From: Eledone cirrhosa
Lineage: Eukaryota
Length of the DNA stretch: 64,000 bases
Direction: 5' to 3'
NCBI GenBank assembly: GCA_964016885.1
Contig: OZ024746.1
Coordinates: forward strand, 43,090,001-43,154,000
Positions 50,677 to 64,000 of the stretch are shown in pieces. The notes under the pieces are model-generated. The model saw nothing but the letters and a program-made list of their open reading frames with translations, ran no database searches and was not told the DNA's origin. Position 1 is the stretch's first letter. Every line of letters starts with the position of its first letter. The position numbers and the translations under genes are program-made.

Positions 50677-50956
50677 TTTATATATATATACGTATAGTTA
50701 TATACATATATATATGTATATACGTATATTTATATACATATATATACGTATAGTTATGTATATATATATATACGTATAGTTATGTATATATATATATACG
50801 TATATTTATATATATATATATATATATATACGTATATTTATATATATATATATATATATACGTATATATATATATATATATGTATATTTATATACATATA
50901 TATACGTATATATATATATATACGTATATATATATATACGTATATATATATATATA

Positions 50957-52260
50957 TTGTTATACTTTGGGAGGGTCATGTTGCCAATAGGAAACACACG
51001 CACCAGTTGCTTTAACTTCAGTTTATTATATATTTATAAATTTACAAATTTACAAATCTATAAATTTCTGGTTGGTTGGTTGGTTCCACAACCAGATAGT
51101 TGTTTATATATAGTCATAGTCCTTTCGCCACACACTCTGTGACCTCTTCAGTGACTGGGGATTCCTTTCTTTGTTTCTGTGCCTCTCCTTTGTCCTGTCC
51201 TACGCCATTTTGTTTCTGTGTGTGTGTTGTGTGCTCAGTCTGCGCATGCGTCACATCCGGGTGTCTGTGTGTGTTTCTGTTCATTTATCTATCTATTTGT
51301 TTATTTATTTGTTTATTTACATGTTACTGGTTGGTTGTTTGTTCTATGTGTGTGTGTGTTTTCATTTTGTCCTTAATTGTAAGTTGTGATGTTGCTGTTC
51401 CACTCATATTTTCTATTTAATTTTGGTTGTAATTCTTTTATGTTTATTGCCTCTGTAATTTGTCTAAACATCGCATCTTTTCTGTGTGTAGATTCTATTT
51501 TTATTTCTATGTTCTCTAATTTACCCTTGTGTTCTATCTTAGCATGTTGGTAGAGTACAGATGATTCTTTATTATCTTGACGGTCTCGCCAGTGTTCATT
51601 ATCCGTTCCCCTATACTACGAGCTGTCTCACCTATGTACACTATATTTTTGTCTCTACATTGTCCTTCAGTACATATTATGCTATACACTACATTTCTAG
51701 TTTTACAGTTAATATGGGGGCTTATTTTACAGGTTATACATTTCTTATCTATACATGAGGGTTTTGAAAAGGGTATGTCTTGCTAATAAGTGTTTCTACG
51801 GAGGTACCTGGTCTTTCTACTATCTTAATATTGAGTTTATGTTTATTTAGGGCCCTTCTAAATTTGTAGGCTAGTTCGCCTCTAGGGGTTGTATCGATGA
51901 ACATTATACTCTGGTATTTATTGCTATCATACCATGAGTTTATTCTATTAGCCTTGTTCCTAGTTCTTTCTATTCTATTCCAAAATTTGCTCCTGTACAA
52001 GGGGCAGGTCCCATTTATGTCATTATTTACCATTTTTTCCCATTTGGTTCTGGCTCCTCTATACACTCTGATTCTATCTCTCTGATTGTAGCCAGAGAAC
52101 TGCATACGGTGGATGAAGTGTTGTATGTGTCTCTCTAGTTCTTTGGGGTTGCACATGCGGGACACATTTCTCATCACCCGTACCAAATCCGCAATCAGTA
52201 TGTTGATTTTGGTATGGTCCGAAATGGCCGAGTTTCGGTGGATCAGATGTTTGGACACCT
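50957..52260 (-). mobile_element. Penelope-like element: RT C-terminus plus GIY-YIG endonuclease, frameshifted
   Basis: ORF 51749-52438 (...MQFSGY...PLYRSKFW...SWY...KIVERPG) continues after a frameshift as CITC...CKTRNVVYSIIC...VYIGETARSIGERI...LYQH...RQITEAINI. Confidence 0.85.
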
Positions 52261-52437
52261 CATTAACAGAAGAGTTCAACAACAAAAACACCAATATATA
52301 TGGTAACGCAAGAATAGATAATGACGAAATGTCTGTGTTATGTTTACCCCCAAAATTTGCGACATTCAAGAAGGTAAATATGATTAGTTGTCTGTCAGAA
52401 ACAGAAAAATCATTTACAAAACTACGCTGGAGCATCA
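52261..52437 (+). mobile_element. Inverted N-terminal fragment of a Penelope-like ORF
   Basis: [13 protein letters not shown]...[11 protein letters not shown] resembles the PLE N-terminal motif and abuts the minus-strand body. Confidence 0.5.
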
Positions 52438-52442
52438 TATAC

Positions 52443-52512
<70 letters not shown>

Positions 52513-52519
52513 GTATATA

Positions 52520-52561
<42 letters not shown>

Positions 52562-52568
52562 GTCTATA

Positions 52569-52628
<60 letters not shown>

Positions 52629-52673
52629 CGTATATATATGTATATATATATACGTATTTATATATATATATAC

Positions 52674-52709
<36 letters not shown>

Positions 52710-52735
52710 GTATATATATATATATATATATATAC

Positions 52736-52779
<44 letters not shown>

Positions 52780-52821
52780 GTATATATATATATATACGTA
52801 TATATATATATATATATATAT

Positions 52822-53895
52822 AATGAAAAATTGAACAGGGACAGAACAGAGAGGCAGTACGACAAATGTTTATTAAATTCACGCTCAGGAGAGTGGGGGG
52901 TAGGTGGGGGACGACGTTTCGGGCATAAGCCCTTCTTCAGATGAGAGTTCAAAAGGTGTGTAGGGGAGTGGTGGAGAGACATATAGTGAAAGGAAACGGT
53001 GCGAATGAAAAATTGACAAATAAAGACAAAAATATAATAAATAATAAATAAAAATAAAGCATGATCAAAAGACAAGGAATGAGAAAATTTAAAAATAAAG
53101 GCATGATCAAAATAAACAGAAATTAAAAGGGGGGTAAACAGGTGGTGGAAGGGTGTGGGGTGAGTAGAGGTGGTGGCGGGTGGAGTGGGGAGAGGGAGAC
53201 GGGGTGTCCGAGCGGGGAGGGCTGAATGTGGTGTGTGTGGTTAGGTGTGCGTGTGTGTGTGTGTGTGTGTATGTGAAAGTGAGGGTTGGGGGAAGAACGG
53301 GGTTGCATGTTCAGGAAGGTGTGTGTGGGGGGTGTTTTTGTGGGTCGGAGGGTCTGTGCGTGTGTGGATAGGGGGGTGGGGGGAGAGGAATCAGGGGGCT
53401 GAGGGTGTAAATATGTGGTGGGAAGCACGTGTGTGTGGTTTAAGCGTGATGTGGGTGTGGGTGGCGTGTGGATAAAAAAATTTGTTTTGGGGTGTGTGTG
53501 TGTGGGTGAGTTATATAGGTGGTGGTGTAAGAGGGTGGTTGAAAAGTGGTAAGTTACACGGATGTATGGAGATTTTGGTGAGAAGTCAAAACGCGTGTGG
53601 GTAATCCAAGAAGCGGTGGTCGGAAGAGGAGAGATGTGGGGTGCGCGCGCAACAGGAAGTGGTCAGCAGTGGAAGTGCTGTGGTCAGTTGGTGCTGAGAC
53701 AGTGGTCGGAAGGGCATAGCAGCAGTCGGCGGAATGATAGGGAGGCGAGGATGGGTAGGTGTGAGAGTTGGAGTGAGGAGGGTGTGTGTGTGTATGTGTG
53801 TGTGTGTGTGTTAGTGGGATGAGTGAGTGTGGAGCGGGGAGAGAAGAGTGTGTGTGGTTCTATGGAGGGAGTGTGGTGTACTGGTGTGTGTGTAG
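52822..53895 (-). mobile_element. G/T-skewed repeat with minimal HHR core, probable PLE terminal-repeat derivative
   Basis: Minus strand reads CTGAAGA-A-GGGC-TTAT-GCCC-GAAA-CGTC at 52913-52940, followed by AATAAA. Flanked by (TA)n. Confidence 0.5.
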
Positions 53896-53899
53896 TTTG

Positions 53900-53930
<31 letters not shown>

Positions 53931-54472
53931 TATATATTATATATATATAACCCCCTTTATCTTCTTCTTCTTCTTCTTCTTCTTCTTCTTCTTCTTCTTC
54001 CTCTTCTCTCCTTTCTCTCTCTCTTTTTTCCCCCCGTCAAACTTGGGCGAAATTCTTTCCTTGCTCACATTTCAACCAGGTTTGATGGTCTTTCGTCTCT
54101 TGTTCACGATTTCACAGAGTTTATATTCATAGAGATCTGGGACTTGTCTATTTCTACTCACTTTCCGTTGCTTAAACCTTTTTGTTGTTACTCTAGCGTC
54201 CCCTTTGTTTACGTGTCCCAACGACTTTTTTTAGCCGTTGTTCGCACCAACCTGAGGCATATGGCCCTTAAAGCGATGAAATGCCGAGGACGGTTGGAGG
54301 GTCACTGATGAAGGACTCACTTTTTCATATGTATCCCATTTGCAACGCCGCAGCTCCATTATTATCATATTTACATATATATATATATATATATATACGT
54401 ATATATATATATATAAGATACGTATATATATATATATATTGGAAAATGTGTGTAATCCTTGGTACAGTTAGG

Positions 54473-55488
54473 TATATTAAGACAGGGGGGAAGAAAAAAT
54501 GGCTTCACTTGTGCTTTCAACAAATTTATTTTCTTCACAAAATCCCAAAAGAATTTTTCTTAAAAAAAATTATTTTATAAATTAAGTTGTTGGTTGTTGG
54601 TTAGGTCTTAGGAGTTCTTGGTTAACGTAGGAGGTATTGTTTCGTTTTTAGAAAGACCTTTCACGCTGAGGTGCGCTTGTCAAACTGATGTGTATGTGGT
54701 GTGCTGTTCTATATATAGGGATTTAACATGTATGTGGTGTGGTAGGGGTTTCTTTTCTCCCCCTTTAATAAGTGCATGGGTGTAGGTGTGTTGAAAAAGT
54801 GTTCATAGCAGTAATGAGTTGAGACGGTGAGTAGGGTTGGGTGGGGAGAAACTTAGCAAGTGCGGCCTGCCCCGGTCATTCTCGAAAAATTCCTTTATTC
54901 AGGGGAAAAAGCTTTTAGCATCGCTTTTGTGTTGAGAATGGTCACAGGCAAATCGCACCTGTCAAGCTTGTGAATAATTATTTTTTTCCTTTTTTCACTG
55001 AAGAATTTTTCTACGTCCATCCCAAAGTTAGTCCTTTGTTCAACACACACATATATATGTGTGCATACATGTACATACACCACACAGGCATATGTAGGAA
55101 TATATAGGCACACACCATCAATCACACACCCCTGTACAAATACATACACAAAAACATATAGAGACACATATAAAACACACACATACACATACGTACACAC
55201 ACGGGGGGAAAAAGAAACCCCTACCACACCACAGACATGTTTAAATCCCTATATATAGAACAGCACACCACATACACATCAGTTTGACAAGCGCACCTCA
55301 GCGTGAAAGGTCTTTCTAAAAACGAAACAATACCTCCTACGTTAACCAAGAACTCCTAAAACCTAACCAACAACTTAATTTATAAAATAATTTTTTTTAA
55401 GAAAAATTCTTTTTGGATTTTGTGAAGAAAATAAATTTGTTTGAAAGCACAAGTGAAGCCATTTTTTCTTCCCCCCTGTCTTAATATA
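54473..55488. repeat. Long inverted repeat: arms of about 285 bp around a 440-bp spacer
   Basis: 54473-54763 is the reverse complement of 55203-55488 with few differences. Confidence 0.9.
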
Positions 55489-57923
<2,435 letters not shown>

Positions 57924-58254
57924 GGTGGCTGCCAACTCGTTTTCGAGTATGGCCACTACTTTATATCCATGTAGGAGAACTCCTACCGATGCGCTGAACG
58001 AGTGTGACTTTTTAGTCCAGCCAGCGACTTGAAAACTCTGGTACAAACACTACACTTGTGACAATTATTGACACACAGCGCTGGGCCCATGGTACCATGT
58101 GATGACAAATGCAGAGAGATCTCCAGATATAAAGCAATGCCTGTGCCTTGAAGCTTTTATAGTGAGCAAAGGCACTGCACAAAGCCAGTCCCACTCTCTT
58201 AACCAAGATGATATTTACCAAAAAGAAGAACAAGTCAACATCATTGGATACCAT

Positions 58255-58530
58255 CAGAGTTGCAGGTGTTATATCAGAGTTTTCCTTCTCCTAGAATTCT
58301 GCCTTGACAAAGGCTAAGGGGTCATCTCTCCCGGTGATTTTGGATGGCCACTGACTCTTAAGAGCTCCTTTGCCCTTTGACAGGTTTTGTTTTTAGTCCT
58401 GCAGGATGTCCAAAGTCACCCTCCTCACCAAGAAACCTTGGTGGGGTTGCCAGTTTAGTCGCCAACGACCCGACCATGAGACAGGTTGTACTGGGATACA
58501 TGTTACCAGTAGCACCAACTAGTGACCTGA
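58255..58530 (-). mobile_element. Unclassified repeat related to 32690-33087
   Basis: Shared sequence blocks with 32690-33087. Strand tentative. Confidence 0.55.
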
Positions 58531-58564
58531 CATATATATATATATACATATATATATAGTATAC

Positions 58565-58637
<73 letters not shown>

Positions 58638-58688
58638 CGTATATATATATATACGTATATATATATATATATATATATACGTATATTT

Positions 58689-58740
<52 letters not shown>

Positions 58741-58748
58741 GTATATTT

Positions 58749-58786
<38 letters not shown>

Positions 58787-58805
58787 GTATATTTATATAT
58801 ATATA

Positions 58806-58840
<35 letters not shown>

Positions 58841-60047
58841 ACACACACACACACATATCTATATATATCTATATATAGCAAAATTTTGATTTATAAAGTT
58901 TTAACAAAGGGTGAAGATGAAAGATTATCAAAACTTTTCATTGACTCATGCTGCTATTTATCACATCTAATCTTTTTTCATTTTTTAATTTCATTTCACA
59001 CTAAATTTCTTTGACCTTTCACATTTAATAATATAAATCCTGCCGTCTATAAAGTATTTTTGTTTAATTATATCTTTACTTCTTGTCATATTTTTACATC
59101 TTTCAAATGTTTATTCAAACTAATAATAGTATCCAACATTTATGTTATTAAGCTTTTAAATCTTGAAATGATTTTAAAAAACCTTTCTTCTTTCAGATTG
59201 CATAACTGATTTCTTCAATATTCTCTTTTTATTGCTCTTTAATTTTTTATTTCCACTTGTAATGTCAAATGTGAACCATAAGCAATGATTCATCACAATT
59301 TTGATACTTGACCCTCTGCCAATATATGCTTTTGACATCTCCCATCATCAATTGTTTTTATTACTTTCACTATCTGATTCTACTCTAAAAACATTTCCAA
59401 AAATTAAGCAAAATAATTAAACTCATAAGCAATGTTTTTCTTCACCATTTCCCAAATTGAAATGCCTATCCTTGTGCTTATTTTGCATTTATGAAGGTGT
59501 AAAATCTATAGGTGTACTGGAAATATAATTATTTTGTTTTCACAAAGTTAAGAGGAAATCCTGTTTGCATCTCTTAAAAGGTTTAATATTAGTTTCCCTT
59601 GTTTTAATAGTTGAGACACTATTTATATATTGTACTTATTTATCTATTTTTAATTCTTTAGCTTGATACTGTCAATAAATTTCAAATAATTTTCAAAAAA
59701 ATTACAAATTGAAGAGAGTTTAGTAAAATAAATAATTTTGTATTTATTAAGCTAATGTTTAAAGCATAACACAAATGTTTTCATGCTAAAAGGCCTTTAC
59801 ATAAATATAAACATTAAAAAAGAGCTTAGCATTGTAGAACCTTGGGTTGTGCCAGACATTTCTGTAACAGAATGGTTAAAGTGGCTTATCTAAAGTATTA
59901 CACAGAATTTTACAAGTCCTATCTTGTATTCTTATCAGTTAATACATGCCTAAACTCCATAATACTAAAATACTATACATTTCTGCTTTTCCATTATTAC
60001 TGTCTCAAATTTCAGATAAATTTAATTTCACACATTCTCTTTATAAT

Positions 60048-60234
60048 AATTGTTTCTTCTTTTGGCACAGGGCCAGCAAATATCCCAATATATTACTGGT
60101 GCTTTATTTTATCGACCCCGTAAGGATGAAAGGTAAAGTTTACCTCGGTGGGATTTGATTCAGACCATTAAGGGGCGTAGCTATGCTGCAACGCATGGTG
60201 TCCAAACCTCTACTGATACTGCCAATCCAACGCC
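60048..60234 (-). mobile_element. SINE family A
   Basis: Reverse complement of 925-1108, with an 18-bp TSD CATTCTCTTTATAATAAT at 60033 and 60235. Confidence 0.85.
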
Positions 60235-60371
60235 CATTCTCTTTATAATAATAATAATAATATACTAGTCCTTTGATGACCATTTCTCATAATTTATTCT
60301 TATTTCATGTCTTTAACTCAGTGTGCATAAATATTATTAATCGAAGATGTAAACCAAGGAAAACATGAGAT

Positions 60372-61437
60372 GATATACCACAGGGATCTGTTCTTGGTCC
60401 CCTTTTGTTTGTGGCATATATTAATGACATAGATGCCAACTTACAGAATGCCACGGTACTGAAATATGCAGATGACATCAAGCTGTACCTTGAAATCAAA
60501 AGGACTGATCCTGAAATCTACAACTCTTTCCTACAATCAGACCTGGACACAATGCAGCAATGGATCACAGACTGGCAACTGAAGCTGGCTGTGGACAAAT
60601 GTACCACCATGCATTTTGGGAGGAAAAATCCAGCGTCCACATACTCCCTCCACAACACTGATATCAAGAAGTTCTCTTGTGAACGTGACCTGGGCATTAC
60701 TGTCAGCAGCGATTTGTATTGGACAAAGCATGTCTCTAAGATTGTCAAGAAGGCCGAGGGTGTCTTGGCATCACTCAGCAAGACCTTTGTTAGCCGCTCT
60801 CCAGCCATCTATTTAAAACTGTATACAGCTATGGTACGACCACACTTGGAATTCGCATCATCAGCCTGGAACCCCTATCTTGCTCAGAACATTGACCTCC
60901 TGGAAACTGTTCAGAGACGTGCAACTAAGCGCATACCCTCCATCAGACACCTACCATACTCTGAACACCTTGCTTCCCTGGGCATGGATTCATTGAAGCT
61001 CCGACGTCTGGCAATGGACTTGGTAAGTACCCACAAAGTTATTAACCATCTCGCCAATTGCAACCCTGAGCACCTTTTTGATCTCCATGTGTCTAACACA
61101 CGTGGACATGCCTACAAAATCAGAAAACAGCACAGCTCCCATGACTTTCATAAAATTTTTTCACGCTCAGAGTTGCTGAAGCATGGAACAATCTGCCTGC
61201 GTCAGTTGTTAGCTGCCGAGACACTGCATCCTTTAAGACACTCATGCTTCCCGAAATATGCCAAAACTACACCTGATGTACCTCTTCCATACACATGCAC
61301 ACATGTGTGTATCATGACTCATGCACTGTTCATTTTCCTGACGTTTGTACATTACCCTATGTACTATACATACACTTTTTGATGAGTTGTAGTGCACCTG
61401 AGCACTGTACACAATATTTCATTATTATTATTATTAT
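60372..61437 (+). mobile_element. CR1-like LINE, 5'-truncated (RT C-terminal half plus 3' UTR)
   Basis: IPQGSVLGPLLF..YIND...KYADDIKL...ERDLGI...VRPHLEF...WNPY...LETVQRRATK...TRGH, (ATT)n tail. Confidence 0.92.
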
Positions 61438-62235
61438 GTAGTGAAAATTGACCTCAGGTAGATGAACCTCATGGCAGAAATGACGGAAGGGCATGGTTAG
61501 TGGAGGCATGGCCATCTGGAGAGGACCAGTATAAGAATGTGACCAAGCCCATTCACACACATTCCTCCATCAGTGCTTCTCAGTAACTATTTCTAGCACC
61601 ATTATACCAACCGTTCTATCCAGGGTCCCCTTCAACCCCTTCTCTTCCTTACAGCACTCTGTTAAAATCCCACCACAACCGTCATAGCAACTTAGTAATC
61701 ATTCTTATTGTTACTACTCCATATTGTATTTTTTTAAAAAAATGTCTTTTTGAATTGTGAATGAATTATTTAGGTCATGAAATTAAACAAACAAATATTA
61801 AATTTTCTTTAAAAGTAAACATGCAATCTTATTGATCAAATTGTTTGACATGTGAACATTTTTGATATTCCCCTATTATACTCAAATAGTTAGAAAGACC
61901 ATAGAGAGGAAGAAACTGAAGATACAGTGAAGCAAAAACGTCAAAGGAAACAAATTAGCAAAAGTAAAAGCAGATATGGTCAGACCTGCAATACATAAGG
62001 GTATCAGGAGTTTGAACTTCTCTCAACATAATCAAAAGCATCTTATTAATGGAAGGAATAACTAAAATTATTCTACTCCTTCAAAAAAAAAAAAAAATGC
62101 TCAACTTAGATTAGTTCAAATACATACATGATACCTACCTTCCTCCCAACCTACCTACTAACCTACATACATACAAATGTACATACATACACAAATACAT
62201 ATGATTGCATTCACACAGATGTAAACATATATATA

Positions 62236-63508
62236 TATCATCATCATCGTTTAACGTCCATGTTCCACGCTTGCATGGGTTTGGACGGGAGTTTTCCCAC
62301 TTGAGGCAAGAGTGGTTGTCTTGCTCGACTGTCTGGCGGGTTTTCTACAGCTGGATGCCCTTCCTAACACCAACCACATTTACAGTGTGGGGCTGGGAGG
62401 TTTTTACTGTGTTGCCTACACGGCCACATTACAGCATTGACTGTGTGTTTTTTTGTCGTGACACCTACACGATCTCATTTGTTTTGGCCTGGATGTTGTG
62501 GCACCAACATAACTTTACATTGAAAGGGGCGGTGTGGGTGGGTGGGTGGGGGGGTGGGGGGGGGGGGGGGGGTTATTAGAGATGCCTACTGACTGTAGTA
62601 GGTTTTACTTTGTATTCAGGTAAGGCGGGTCTTTTCTATTACTGAGTACCGCCAAAGATCTCGGTCCAGTGACATTGTCTTGGAGAGGTGTAAGTGTGTG
62701 AGGTCGGAATTTATCAGGTCGTCCCAGGTTTTTCTGGGTCTGCCTACTCCGTGGCTACCGTCTATCTTTATTGCCCTGCACTTTTTTATACAGCTATCGT
62801 CTTTCATGCGCATCACGTGACCATACCAACATAGCCTTCTCTCGACTAAACAACATCTGATCCCTCTTATTTCTAATTTTTCCCTTAGTTCGTTTATGCT
62901 TTGCCGTTCGCGTATATTACTATTACACATCCAGCAGAGCATGCAAGCTTCGTTCCTCTCTAGTCTGCGTATATCCTCTGCACACAATGCCCAGGTCTGA
63001 CTGCCATGCAACATTGCTGTTCGTATGCAGGCATCATACAGTCTGCCTTTCAATTTTAGGGAGAAACCTTTAGCGGCTAATAGTGGTATAAGCACTCTGA
63101 ACTTTTTCCATTCAGTTCTGACTCTAGCTACTGTACTTTCAGAGCACCCTCCCCCACTGCTGATTTTGTCACCCAGGTAACGGAAGCTGTCCACTATTTC
63201 TATAGAACCCTCTGCGCAATTGAAAGTGCTAGTATTTTGTGGGCACTTGCTGCTACTTATTGCACCAGAGCACCGGCCACATTTAAAATCTATGTTCTTA
63301 GTTAGCTTACCTGTGATCCCACTACATCTTTTATGCACCCATACTTTGCATTTGGGACATAAAATGGAGTTTCTACCTACGTCTTTCCTACACACTGAGC
63401 ATGGCCATTTCCCGGAAGGGACCGGCACCTTATTTTCTTTCCTACAAACTAGAACTTTATTCTTAGCCAGGGGTTAATTTTAAGGCCTTTTGATTCTAGG
63501 CCGTGCTT
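62236..63508 (-). mobile_element. RTE-clade LINE, 5'-truncated, with 270-aa ORF remnant and 3' UTR
   Basis: FRYLG...LKGRLYDAC...LHGSQTWAL...WYGHVMR...GRPRKTW, (ATG)n tail; same family as 31307-32545. Confidence 0.92.
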
Positions 63509-64000
63509 CATATATACAAGTATATTCATATATAAGTATGTATGTGTCTGTGAATTAGGCATGTATTAATATTGTTTTTCATAAAGCCTAGAAAAATTGC
63601 TTATATTATTTTTGATTATTTTAGTAGTATTTTATGGTGTTGTATGACATTTATAATATTATAAGAGAAATTAATAATACAAGTGAAGTGAAGTAGTTAT
63701 GACCTGTAATTGAAACCTGGACTGTGATCCAACTATATGAAACATTACTCAATAGAACACATATAGGCAAAATTGATATATAAGTTTGAGGCAAACTAAT
63801 ACACACTTTCTATAATGTTTTATTTAAAGAAAGAAATATCTTAATAGGGTTTTCAATTTAAAAAAGAATATCAATTTTCTATAACAAAGTTAGTTTTTTT
63901 AGGAAAGGTTTTTGTCATATACTCATTGCACTTTTTATTTCTCTGGAATTGAAATTGCTACAAAGATTTTATTATGTTTCGTTAAAGAAGTATGATTCAT

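Noticed and set aside
53123-53822. Pro/His- and Gly/Val-rich ORFs
   Set aside because: Low-complexity G/T-skewed sequence with no domain signature.
54248-54325. CCAACC...GGTTGG hairpin with CTGAGG and a nearby CTGATGA
   Set aside because: No correctly placed GAAA; the core is incomplete.

Overview
AT-rich eukaryotic, repeat-dominated non-coding DNA. The mix of giant (TA)n tracts, CORE-type and other tRNA-derived SINEs, and RTE, CR1, R4/Dong and Penelope-like retroelement relics suggests an octopod cephalopod, but that is inference. I found no convincing host gene exon; nearly all long ORFs are YI/IY translations of microsatellites. There is one 200-N scaffold gap (44190-44389). The standout is a near-perfect tandem and inverted array of a 310-bp, highly self-complementary unit (47791-49759). 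Each copy carries a complete type I hammerhead ribozyme (HHR) fold, which matches a retrozyme-like, possibly circRNA-producing element, and the array sits between two Penelope-like GIY-YIG fragments. About ten further HHR-like motifs from several distinct families are scattered through the window, mostly in short modules between (TA)n tracts and often in fold-back arrangements. All folds were assigned by eye and none has been computed or tested.
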